DNA from: Ptychomitrium polyphyllum
Taxonomy: Eukaryota
Direction of reading: 5' to 3'
Length of the DNA: 64,000 bases
NCBI GenBank assembly: GCA_973851085.1
Contig: OZ316776.1
Span: 8,308,001 to 8,372,000 of the forward strand
Below, piece after piece: positions 51,576 through 64,000 of this stretch (positions are counted from its first letter, which is position 1; every line of letters begins with the position of its first letter). The notes below the pieces were generated by a model that saw only the letters and a program-made list of their open reading frames with translations, did no database searches and was not told the origin of the DNA. The translations under genes and the position numbers were made by a program.

Positions 51576-54148
51576 ATGGGGAGTCAGGAGGCCCAGCGCG
51601 TGAAGGCGAGCTTAGAAAACCAAGCCAAGGAAGCGCAGGACTATGTCGGTGGTGGACAAGACAAGAGCTCTGTCATTGCTGCACAGGTCGTTGTTCCTTC
51701 GAAGGTTGGCGAGGAAGCAAACGAGGTAATGAATGTGTCACAGAACTCTGACGGTTAGAATTGGTTCGAAGTCTTTGTTCTGGAATTCGACATCGTGAAT
51801 CCAATGCTGAATTCACAGGAAATTCAAATTGCTAGGGAGTTACCGCGGTTTAGGGGAAGTCTAGTTGAGTTTGAACGGCACTTAATTGCGATTGAAGTTT
51901 CGTCCAGTCCGGTTGAAACGCGAATTTGTGTTACTGCAGGAACTTAGGTTTTTAAAAAATGGAAACTCCAAGCTCAGGGTGCAGTTGAAAGACTGTGAGG
52001 AAGCGTTTCAACTAGCAAACCGTGAGACTGAGAAGTCGAACAAAGTGGCTAGAGACGGGAAGCAGAAAATCCACGAGCTTGAGAAGCAGAATGAGGATTT
52101 GAAGAAGAACGTGCATGCTGCTGGTGCTAAGGCAGCTGAACTAGAGCTGAAATTGAAGGATGCCGAGGACCAGTTCAAAGATGCGCAGAGTGCTATCAAG
52201 GTGCTGGAGGCTAAGCTGAAGAGTGATGAGAAGAGCAAAGCTGCTCTGAACGCCGATCTTGATCGGTTGAAAGCAACTCTCCACGATCGGGAATTGAAAC
52301 TGAGGAGCTTGGACAAAGAGATCACCGAAAAAGAAGAATCGTTGAAACACAAGCTGGTCGAAAAGAACATCAAAGTAGAGGAGCTTTCCTCTAAGGTGAT
52401 TCAAATCCTTGCAAATTGAGCATTTCGTGGGTAAATGTATCATAAGTGCTTTATATTTAGTTTTGTTTTTTCACTGTAAATAATTCGATAACTTTCTCCT
52501 ATTGACATTTTCGGTCGCAGGCCGAGCATTTCGAGTCTCGGGCAATCCCGGCGGAGAAGAAAGTCTCGGAGCTCGACTCTAAGGCCAGAGACTTGTCAGC
52601 TGCAGCGACTGGCGTAGAAGCTGATCTTTCTCACGAACGAGAAGTGAACAAACACAAAGAGGCCTCAATAGCTGAGTATCAGGAAGAGCTTCATAATGCC
52701 GTCTCTCGAGCCAATCGCATGGGAGCAGCTCTAAGGACCGAAGAGGAGAAGATGGCCGCTCTGAAGGCAGAAGCAGAAGAGCAGAGGACGAAACTTGAAG
52801 AGCGGGCGGTTGCGGCGGAGGCAGAAGCAGAGAAGCTCCGGACGAAATCTGCTGAAGACTCCGCCCACGCGCGTGTGTTGGCGGAGAGAATTGGCGCTCT
52901 GGAGAATATGATCACCGCGACCAAGGATCACAGTATGGAAACGAAAAAGAAAATGGACGCGAAATTGAAAGAAGAAGCCAAGGAAGTAAGCTCACAGGCT
53001 GAGGAACGAAGCATCGCCATCACGGAAGCTAATGAGATGAAGACCGAGAAGGGTGGCTTGTTATCCACTATCGCTGACTTAAAGTCCAAAATGTTCGGTG
53101 TGGCCTCCAAAGTTGAAGAGAAAGACGCCGAAGCGAAAGCGAAGGCCGAGGAAGCCGAGAACGCAAAAGCCGAAGCTTCAAAGCTTGAGACAGCAGTGAA
53201 GTCGGTTTCAGAACAAGCCGTACAACAGGAAGAAACGAAAGAGAATCTGGAGTCGGAGCTGGAAGGGGTGAAAGAGAAAGCCAACGAAGCAGACAGCGCC
53301 ACTACGGCGTTGAAGCAAAAAGACTCCAAGCTGGGAGAAATAAACCACGGCTTGCAATCCTCCGGCCAACGGTTGGCTGATCTCGGTGAGAAGCTGTCAA
53401 CATTGCGGAGAGAGCGTGATGAAGCTGTTGCCTCCGCCGACTCCAACGCCACCAGGTTTGCTCCACCCTCTTCACCTTATCGTTTTCTACGCAACTTTGC
53501 ACATGATGATCAACCTGCGAGTGCACCCAATTCACCTGATTTAATGTCTACATATGGAACCTCAACAGGTATACAACATAGAATTTCACTTGCCTATATT
53601 TTGATCTTCACACGTCTCAGTATCATTTAGGTGTAAGTCGAGAAGTGGATGAGGTGAACTCCTTTCCACTCGTTGTGACCCTTGGGATGCTTCGGACGTT
53701 TGTAGTGTCGTAATCTTTGTGCATTTCTCCAGACGTCCGCTTGAGTATCATCTGTACATCACATCAGTGCCCACCACAATAACCTCTAGGCCGCAGTTGG
53801 GTAAGTGTATGTAGCGTACTCCTTTGGGATACATGTGATGGACGTTTAGAAAGCGCCTGTTTTGATGGTGACAGGGTGGACGAGTTGGTGACGAGGGTTG
53901 CGGATTTGGAGAGTAAGTTACGTGACGCAGAGGAGCACAACTCCAGCTTGGAGGATCAGCTGCAGGAGCTTGGTGTGAAGGTCGAGAAGCATGCGTCCGC
54001 GATTAAGGGCCGTGAAGAGTATGCTCTTCACAAGGCAGAGAAGGCACGCCAATTGCAAGATGAAGCGGTGGATATGGAAAAGAAGAACATGAGAGAGGGA
54101 GAGGAACAGTTTGTAGAGACGTCCACAACTCTGAGCAGCAATGCCTGA
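51576..54148 (+). CDS. Long coiled-coil protein of unknown function; exons ~51576-51725, 51940-52395, 52521-53455, 53875-54148
   Basis: E/K/A/L-rich heptad-like ORFs joined in frame by GT-AG sites; no globular motif recognised. Confidence 0.75.
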
Positions 54149-55166
54149 TCTTGATAGAAAGAAGAGACTCTTTACCTTTGTCCTCAGAATCACATTTGTG
54201 TACATAATCGACTACAGATTGTAACCGAAGTTGGAATATGGGAGAAATATATGGGTTGCTCGCTCTACCTTGTCATTTTATCCGAGTGAACCGTCCACAT
54301 GCAGCCTCCGTCTCCTGATCAGTCGACTTTCCGATTTCAGAATCACAGTCATCCTCCCGCTCGTCTCACGAATCAGTCCATTGCAACACTTCTCTATTTG
54401 TAATTCAATAACAATTGTAAGCTGCTCTTGGACAGATTAGAACGGGTCTTGTTTGTGCTGTACGACTGGATACGACTGACAAAAAAATTTCACACTTAAT
54501 GCAAGCGTCTAAAAAGGGAACCAGCATTTAGGAAAAAAATCCAACATAAAACCAATACAAAAAACCAATACAACCCTACTCGTATTACACCTATCCCATG
54601 AATTTTCAGAACCCCATGCCATCGTGAAATATACTTAGTTACCACTTCCAACTATTGATCCAAAAGGTACATCCCTCCGGTGTCCTTAGTGTTGTGCGCC
54701 CGCAGCCCTATCGTGGAGAATCTCATGCAGCAGAGCGGACTCTCCGAACGAGATACCCTGGCCCTCCGACTCAAGACCCTGGGCAGCCAACTCAACATCG
54801 TAAACGGCGACGAAGTTATTCTAACCGTCGCACTATGTCCGGACCAACGATACAATACCCCGACCGCTACAAAGCCCGCAACCCAGAGCGGGGACGTGGT
54901 ATCTATAGTACCTGTTCACACGGGCACCACAGCCCCGGAGACGAGCAGAGGTGGCCTCGGGGTCAGCTCCAGGGCGCCACAGAGAGCTCCGGGGGTGTCT
55001 TTGCGCTCTCAGCGTGGCTGTGGGATCTGCCCAAGTGTTGCCCACTCGACATACTACCCTAGCCCCACCTCTGTCCACACTCTGTGCGTGTCAGTTTTCT
55101 CACGCACAGCCCTCACAACATCAACCCGCTCCACATAGCCGACGAAGAGCGCAGCGGAGACGAGTC

Positions 55167-58100
55167 ATGGCGGACTCCGAGCTCAATCGAGAGGAGGTGG
55201 GACTCTGGGACGATCACACGCACCCCGTTGATCCCGTGTTTGTGTCGTATGCTTGAGGGGGTTGGTCTTGAATATCGCTCTTTGGGTTTAGGTTTTGCTT
55301 TCCGGGCATGTGGGTTGAGACTGGGGTAGTTGGGTGGAGGGGATGATGAGGAGTGGTCGGGGTGGGGTGGATGTAGATCGGAGGGGTTTAGGGTTTGGGT
55401 GGGCAGTCCATTGGTTGAAAGGCAGTTGGGGTGTTGCAGGTGTTGAAGCGGGATATTCCATGGGAGACTTACATGACAGCCAAGCTGATCAACAGCACTG
55501 GATTGCAGCTGCTTCGCCGGTACGACCACCGGCCTGACAACGTGCAAGCTGCATTGCTGGAGGAGGTACTACTTGTGGTGTTATTCTTTTTTTGCGAATT
55601 TTGGTTCTTGGGTGAGAGCTGGATTGGAAAGAGTGGGCAGGTTGGATTAATCTTTCGATGGAGTTATTGGGGTTATTCTCGTGATTGGGGTGGATCCTAG
55701 TTTTCATGGCTGTGTGGGCGGACCTAATCCGGCTGTTATATTGCTGAGTTCCTGTCTTTGAAATAATTGTGAGATTTGTTTCGTGACTCTGAATGGATAA
55801 GAATCTTGAATTCTTTTTTTCTTTCCTGATCACAGTGGTGATGGCTTGTATGGGTTCTAGTAATTTGCAGTCATCCTTGAGTTGTTTAAAGAGTCGTCAA
55901 TTAACCTTTTTCCATGTGTGGGTCGCCATAGTGGCTCGTAGAGCATTGTATCGTTTTCAGATGTGGTTCTTGCGGAATCAAACGCTATCTCGAAGTGCAA
56001 TTTTTTAGCAGGAAAAGATTGATTTGGTAATTATCTATGACGTGCCCGGTGTGAGGCCCAATGGCTGACCCCCGAGATGATGAAATAGATTAGGGCTACC
56101 ATAGACGTCCTTCTGAAGGATCAGAACTTTTGCAGACTTTCCAATACTGTTTATAAGTTCAGTGTTTGCTTCTTTGCAATGAATTTGGTTGGTTCTTGAT
56201 TTAAGGAGTACCTAATGGGAATGCAGAATGGAGTAGCCTACGTCCGAGTATTTGTGGGTATTCTGCGGGACATCTCCAAACAGGAGACTGTTGAGTACAT
56301 GCTTGCTATGGTGGACGAGATGCTCACAGGTACATTGTTTACGAATTTCTAGTTTCATTTCGTGTACTGAAAGACAATCCAGTGAGAATGGTCAGAGACT
56401 GTGACTGGCTTTCTGTTTTATTCACTTGAAATTTGACTATGTCATTGTTAGGTCACACCATAATTAACACGTTTTGAGTTGGTAATGTTTGGTTGATTTT
56501 TAGTTGTTAGTAATCATTATTTACAACTTGAATGTGTTAGTCGTTTTTGATGTTCAAAGTTTCTTCGTGAAGATGATCTATGCACTTTGTGTGGTTGCGT
56601 TTTCACCGTTGAGGACAAGTTTGACAATATTTTGTGAATACCTTGACAGCTAATCCAAAGCGTGCTCGCTTATTTCATGACAAGTCTTTCCAAGATAATG
56701 AGGATGTTTACAGACCTTTCATAAGGTCTGTGTTTACTCATCTCCCCATTCATATCCTCGAGGTTCTTGTTACATTCCTAAAAAGGGCTATTTCTTCAAG
56801 TCACAACGTGGTCTCATATCTGTTGTCTGGAGGTTAAAATCGTCATGTATTCTGGCATTTACATTCGACGTGTGGACCTATGTATAACTGCATGCTAATT
56901 TTTGACACTTGACTATAGATTTAGTCCTTCTTAGGAAATCCCTCTGCAGATTTCATTGACTTCACATGGTTCTTGATGTGCTGAAATTATTTCTTACGAA
57001 ATTTTTGTTTAAAGCTACTGAGAAATGGCCTTAGGAAGCGAAACTGTTCACGCTTAAGTACATATCAATCACTTCTGGGTTTTTACATGATAGGTCATTG
57101 TATGATTCGTTGTATTTGATTTTCTTATTTGGAGGCATGACCACTTTCTTTTGGAGGTGGATCGCTCATGATTGATTCTCAAAATCTACTCCACGTTACA
57201 GGTGATGGTCATCTTTTGATTTCATGGGTCTGCTGCAGGTTGCTGTCAAAAAAGAACTGGTTTATTCAGGAGAAGAGTTGCAAGATTCTGACCTTGATTA
57301 TCAGGTATGTTCTTTTCAATCTCCACCTCAAATGCGACGACCTTACATTTACATGTTTGTTGCCATGTATTTCATTTTTTTTGGTTATTAAGTTGTAGAA
57401 TGTTACATTCGGGCATATATCGGCGGACTGCCTCACGAATCAATATAAGCTTTAGTACATCTTCATTATCTTTATATAGTTTTCTGCTTTTGTGATCTTG
57501 TTTCCATTTGTATTATTATTCTGCGAGGTGCTTGACAGAGAAGGCTTGTGGCTAGGGATGTTGCAGTGCCCGACAGTATGAGGAGATAGACATCGAGGAT
57601 CCTTCAGCTCCACAGAAGAAAGTTGATTCATTCAACGAGGTTCTTCGAGGTGTTGTGGATTGGCTCATCTCTCAGGTATAGCCTACTCTTGTTTGTACCT
57701 TTTTCTCTCGCTAATGAAGTTGTTATTCTGAAACTCTATTCTGTCACAAAAATGTTTAAGACTTTGAAGTATGTCACGTGTTGGATATCTGTGTGCAGCT
57801 AAGAAGTCCGGCTCATCCACGTCGGGGAATCCCAACGGCTGTGAGTTCGTTGGCAACACTTTTGCGTATTCCTAAAGTGCGGGCCATGTTCATCAAGGCC
57901 GATGGCACCAAGCTGCTTGCTCCCTTAATTACCCCTCCGTCCAATCAGCAATATATCCAGGTCATTATAGTCCACATCGTATTACGCCTATTTTTGGTGG
58001 ATTCATGGTTTGATTGTATTGAAGAATTTTCAATGAGAACAACTTGTTCTTGTGGAGAACGCTAAGCTACAGAAGAATTCAGCTTGTTTTAGTTGACAGG

Positions 58101-59436
58101 TCCAGTTAATGAAGCCTTGTTTTTCGAGCCACAAATTTTAATATAGCTACCTTTATGCCTGTTCTTGTTGCAGCTGCTCTATGAGGCAACGCTGTGCATA
58201 TGGCTTTTATCGTTTCAAGATGGTTCTGTCGAAGCGTTTTCAACAGGGAGAGTGGTACCACGCCTTGTCGAAGTCGTGAAATACTCTTCTAAAGAAAAGG
58301 TGCTCCTCAATAAATGCAATTTATATAATTTTATAATTTAGGTCGGGATCGATATATTTAATTCTATTGTTGGCCTGGAGTGGAACTTGATTTCTTAGTG
58401 TAGCTTTAAAATCATGTCTTTTATCTCTAATTGAGGTCGAGATATTTGTTGTTTGAGGAAGTATATCCTACGATTATCGATGTTGCTGAGCGAGTTGCTG
58501 GATACGACAGGTGGTAAGAGTTGCTGTGATGGCGTTTCGCAATCTTTCAAACAAGGGAAATTTTGCTGCAGAGATGGTAGATTTGGGCATGCCCAAAGTC
58601 GTGCAGAGTCTGAAGTTGCAAGCTTGGAGTGATGAGGTAAGATTTCTCCAGCATTTGCCCTAAACTACTGCAATTAGCTGTCAACTAACGACGTGGTAAA
58701 TTTTACTGGTAGACAATTGTTTATATTCATATACATCGAATCCACAGCAGGTCTCGAGAAGACAAACTACCTATCAAGAACTTAGTATGGGAATCTGTTG
58801 CTGCAGGATTTGTCCCAAGCACTGGATGTTGTAGATGCAGCGTTGAAGGACAGCATACGGAAGTTGAGCTCGTTCGACAAGTACAAAGCTGAAGTATTTT
58901 CTGGAAATCTGGACTGGTCTCCAATGCACAAAGATCCCGTGTTTTGGCGTGAGAACATCTCCAAGTTCGAAGAAAATGATTTTCAGGTTCGTTATTGACC
59001 TTTTGGGTCTCTCGTTTGTGCATTAATGTATGCTGCCTTCTTTATTATGCGACATCGTTGGGGGTGGCAATTTGTATAACTTTGTACGAAAGTTTTTAAC
59101 GTAGTGTGTATCCTCAAGTATTTGAGGAACGTTATTTGTAAACACATCTGCTATCTTGCAGTTACTTACAAGTTTTTTCTTCCTGTACAGGTGCTACGTA
59201 TCTTGATTACATTATTGGACAATTCCCGGGACCCTAAAACTCTTGCAGTGGCTTGTCACGATATAGCTCAGTTTATTCAGGTTCACCCAGCTGGTCGGGG
59301 CATCATTCTTGATTTGAAGGCCAAGGAGCGGGTTATGAAACAGATGTCACACCCAGACGCTGAGGTTGCAAAGCAAGCTCTTCTATGCGTGCAGAAAATT
59401 CTGCTTAGTGCTAAGTATGCAAGCTACATGCAATAG
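55167..59436 (+). CDS. VHA-H: V-type H+-ATPase subunit H, ~11 exons
   Basis: [79 protein letters not shown]. Confidence 0.95.
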
Positions 59437-62400
59437 GGGGACTGCTGAGGATATTAATATTTTTTCGTTTCAGATTTATGCATCATATTGCGAGAATGTA
59501 TTGGAAAAATGTGTTCAGTAGACTGAGCTGTTCCACTCTGTATGAACCGTTGATATGTACTGCAATGAGGCGTCCTCTGAGCCTCTGCAATTCTGCAAAT
59601 AATGTAACATTCCTATTTAGAACTTCACGACAGTTGCAGTTCTTTGCTAGTGCATTCTCACAAAATTATGTCTTATTACTCTACCTTCATTATGGCGTCT
59701 TATGTAAATTAAGTCCGACCTGTCTGTTTATCACGCATTAATGGTGTATTCTTCAGTAGTTTTGAGCAACTTACGCTCACCTTGGAAATCTTAGAGAGTT
59801 TCATGAACTTTTTGCACAAATACCCTCAATTGTGAATATAACAAGGTATTAGCATTGAAATAATTCATTTAAAAGGTGTTTAAAAGGACAGTTTAAGAAT
59901 GTTATGGCCTGAGTTTAAATTTCGGTATACAAATAGTTTGTTCCAATTCTTGTTTGTTACATATGGAAAAGTTGGTGGAATGTAAGGATGGAGATTTTGA
60001 TAGCTAGCAAGTGTCAACATTCAAATTAAAAGACAAATGAATCTAAAAATTGCCTTAAAATCTCATTTCATTATCCATAGGATAAGAGAATTCTATTGTA
60101 TTTAGAAAAACTTAACAATATTATTGGTTAAATTTTTCAAATTTCCTTATAGGACTTTACATCATGTCTTCTTGTTTATAAATAAATTCTTTTTGTAATA
60201 ATTGTTGCCATAGGCCGCCATAGGCACCTAATTGGCGGCACTTAATATGGCCTAAATTACTCTTTTCCTATGGACAATTATATGAAGTATAATCTTGTTA
60301 TTGTCTATTGTCCATAGGCAACTAATATGACCTACTATGGTGGCAACTAATTGGAATTATATTTCAAAATAATAACAAAGATGACAAATGACATGTGAAA
60401 AATTTATAGAGATCTTGAAAATAATATGCCAACAACTTTATTATATTTAATGAGAAAGATGAGGATCTTTCTAAAGAACATCTACAAATTGCAAAATAAA
60501 GTACTATTGATGTATTTCATCTTTATATACTCTTTATTTATGTGGAAGTTTCACAATGACATCTATATTGTGATGAAGTGCGTTTTATCTAAATTTTGCC
60601 AAGATGGAGTGGTCCTCCAAAATCTATATGCATATTATATGGACCTTCTTTTTTCTAATGCCCTCATTTATAATCCTTTGCAAAACTTGGAAAATAAAAA
60701 TTACTTTTCAAACAACATTAAATTTTAAACCCTCAATCAAAGATAAAGTGTTCAAGATGTTTATGCCATTTATGCCATCTACAAAATACTTTATTGATTT
60801 AATCAACTAACATGCCTTTAAAACCACCTATTTTAGATGTACAAAAATTACTTTAATAATGAATTATGTTTGAAATTTTCACAAAGCTTCCATGCAAATT
60901 AAGCAATCTTCTTCACTCTACTATGTAATCTAAGATATTATGGAGAATTCCAAAATGCTACTACTTTGCAAAGAAAAGCAAGAATGAGAAAAATACAAAC
61001 TTGATTAAATCAATTAATTTGTCCAAGTTTATTTAACTCTAATTGGAGGCTGGGCAATTTATTTGCTATTAGAGGATAGACAACTGTTTGTTTGCGCATT
61101 TGAAGCCAAAAAGTCTAGATGTAGCATTGGCAGATAGCCTTTGATATGGCACTTTGTCCACACTGCATTTTGGCCATCTAGCTTGCGGCTATACGTCCAA
61201 GTTAGGATTTTTGTTTAGGTGAAAATTCTTGCTCCTTTCCATAATCTTCTTTCCTTTTACTCTTGCAGGTTGATGTAATTGTAAGCAATAATTGGATTCT
61301 TTATTGATCCATAGCTACAACCAAGTTTATTATTATAGAGTGAAATGTTCATATTTTTGAAACTAAGAGTTTCCAAAATTTGCAAAGAAGATTATGTGGC
61401 CTCTAAGAAGAGAAGTCAAGGATCTAAGTATGCCCATTGGCAAGTCTATAAACCTAACCAAGTCTTATATCAATAATGGCCCCATAGAAAAGTGGATGTT
61501 ATTTTTGGAATGAATGTTTGTAATTGATTAGTGTTGTAGTCACGGCAATTTACTTTTTTCATATCTTAAGTCTTTTATACAGTGTGTTGATATTGCCAAA
61601 AAACATTAATGGACATCTTTGTAGTATGCCAAGCAAGATGATGTGCCAAATAAGAATTTGGTGTTTTAGGAATACACTTGATGTTAAAGGCAAATTTGGA
61701 TTCTAAAGCATGTCTAATGGAAAGATTGAGATATAAGCTTTGGTTGTACCAAGCAGAGTGGACAAAGTCCAGATGTGGAATGTGCCAAAATTCATGACCA
61801 TGTAGATTTCAAAAACATCTCCTTGTAATGGCAGATAACCAATTTGGTTCTTTAAAATTGACATCATTTTGTAATAGTAATTGCTTGTACATTAGAGTAA
61901 CAAATTGTTTAGCAGTATCATGGCACAATTCAATAAACAACTGCATTGAGCCGAGCTGTATTTAAAAGTTCATCAATGATGAAGTAAACGCTGATATAGG
62001 TGATAGCAAATAGCAATATAAAATGGAAAGTATGAGTAAATACTAAGCCTAATAGGGGTGTCAAGAGATGATGTTGTCATCTGCTTTGTTGTTGTGTGAT
62101 TTGGGAGGTTGTCACCTCGCAAGCCCGAGAATGCGCACCCACAGAGTTGGTAACGAAATATGGATTTGGATTCGATCTGTAGTAGCTTTTTGAAAAGTGT
62201 AGCATCCCATGTGTAGGCATCATGCTAGTGTGCTTGCCACGTCGTAGAAACCATGCCACGAGCAGATAGCTAAATTACTCATACTACCCACTTCGGACAG
62301 GGGTATAAGGAGAATCCTGCGCCGCTGCAAATCTTCATCTTTAGTTCTGAAATGTTTATTCATGCTGACGAACATCTACACAGCAAGACAGCAATTTGCA

Positions 62401-63324
62401 AATATGTGCTGGAGCTCACCTCATGAACCACTACTAACATTTTGAACGTGAAAGGAACCAACCGCAAGGCTCTCCAGATTGACAACTCCTCCAGCAAAAG
62501 TCTCTGAGTGCTCGAGCATCCCATCCCCGTCACTGTAGCATGGCAAGACTCGCTTCTCCTGCTCGAGCCTGGCATGACACATGTGACTCGCCTTCATCGA
62601 ATTCGGATGTCCGTACCCAAGAATCAGTGGATATCCAAGCTGCCGCAGCTTGAATCTCAAATTGTGCCCACTGGAAAATTTGTAGAACGCAAGGATGGAT
62701 ATTCGATAACCAGCGAATGTTAGCACTACACTGATGAACGGAATCATTTCGAATTTAACTATTTCTGTACTAGAGAAGCCACTCATCATCTGTGCACTAC
62801 ACGTTCCAAACCGGCCATAACCAAATTTAACCATGCCGCACTTGATCTGTGTAGTATTGCTGTTCTTAATCAGTCATCTTTTTTATCAACCACCCACATG
62901 CAAATGAAAATTAAGAAAGGTAAGTGTTCTGCTGTCATTGTTGTAAAGGAGCACTTTGAGATTCATGCAAAAGATTAACATACATGTGATCATCGATTGC
63001 CTTCTGCCACTACTTTACAGGAGTCAATGTCCGGCGGATCGAATTTTAGTTACACCAGGTTTGCATGGGTGCGCATGATCTGCACCGCTCTGAGTCAGGG
63101 TGGATGCTTTGACCTTTGAGCATACCTTACAACGAGACCCTCAATCAAATATAAGCCCCACTTGGGCACCGCTGAAATATCACTCTTCCGCAAACGGATT
63201 CTCGGTAGCATCTAGCATTCAAGAGAGGTTGGTGTTTTGGCAAGTTGTGCTTCTTCGTGGTCTGGTTTCTGCGTAAAAGTCCAGTGTTCAGGGGTTTCGC
63301 TCGGTTGTTAGCAGTCTAGCAACG

Positions 63325-64000
63325 ATGGTGCTACAGGCTGACCCCGCGGAATTGGGGTTTCTGCCCATGGGGTTTCTCAACCACCATGGCTACAAGATGG
63401 AGGACCCCATGGATTTCTATCAGAACATGATCCTCGAGGTTGTCTCCAACAAGATCAACCATTCGACGTATTACGTGAATGACCTCTCACCCCTGGCCAA
63501 CATGACGCCGCGTCTTTTCCCGAGGACCTTCAACCCGACTGCGAGGAATGCCATCAACCAGCACATGCGCATGCACGTGATGACAGCAAGGCGCAGAACT
63601 CCAGAGGGAAGGTTTCACGCGTGTCGGAGCTCCACGTCAATATTTCGGCCGAGACATTCTGGGAAGCCTGGATGAATGCCGAAGAAGGCGAAGTTCGCCC
63701 CAAGTTCATCGCCGTGCCTCTGCTCAATAAAGGACGAAGCGCGATATGTGTGGATTGACATGGCGTGGCCCATTCGCAGTATCCTCTTACCAGTGGCGCA
63801 GAACCGTTACGACGACATGCACCCACACTGTGTGTACGTGCAGCTCAATTTCAGGAGCCTGAAGGGCAAACTCGCATCCTCTGACTTCTTAGAAGATGAC
63901 AACCAGGGATTCTCCAGGTTGGAGGGAGACGAGAAGTACGGGTTGTACTGGACCTCGACGCCAGCGTCGATGCACGTGGACATCGATATGATGTACGGGA
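63325..64000 (+). pseudogene. Unidentified intronless coding-like region, interrupted by a stop or compensating frameshifts, running off the window end
   Basis: TATA-like aaatataag ~63147; C/G-ending codon bias; frame 1 open 63325-63672 and again from 63676 to the end; frame 3 open across the stop. Confidence 0.45.

Noticed and set aside
54655..55138. Overlapping ORFs upstream of VHA-H
   Set aside because: GC-rich promoter/5' UTR region; non-ATG starts and no family features
16551..59436. V-ATPase gene cluster (Ac45-like plus VHA-H)
   Set aside because: About 36 kb apart with many unrelated genes between; likely coincidence
62360..62834. Possible decayed gene fragment
   Set aside because: No frame gave a recognisable protein

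Overview
Eukaryotic nuclear DNA with GT-AG introns and AT-rich intergenic blocks. It most likely comes from a moss (Physcomitrium-like): it carries a spliced plastid peptidoglycan gene (MurG) alongside land-plant gene families. In order, the window holds two tandem LIL3 genes, a bifunctional FMN hydrolase/riboflavin kinase, an intronless APS kinase, and a solo LTR nested inside a solo LTR of the same family. Next come a V-ATPase Ac45/VOA1-like gene head-to-head with an HhH DNA-glycosylase-like gene, an intronless CbbY, an orphan GH32 invertase exon, MurG, a Bet v1/PR-10 gene and an internally deleted RabC. The last part has two tandem receptor-like kinases with a tRNA-Gln between them, a coiled-coil gene, VHA-H, and an unidentified disrupted ORF running off the end. 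The stand-out is the receptor kinase pair (37030-49106). Their ectodomains read as an alpha2delta/CACHD1-type dCache domain with an inserted VWA domain, fused through one TM helix to an RLK/Pelle kinase, making them candidate amino-acid-sensing receptor kinases. Copy 1 keeps the amino-acid-binding motif and an RD kinase but has an in-frame TAA. Copy 2 appears open but has an altered ligand motif, an extra intron inside that motif and a non-RD kinase. All exon boundaries were read by eye and all family calls come from motif recognition, not database searches.
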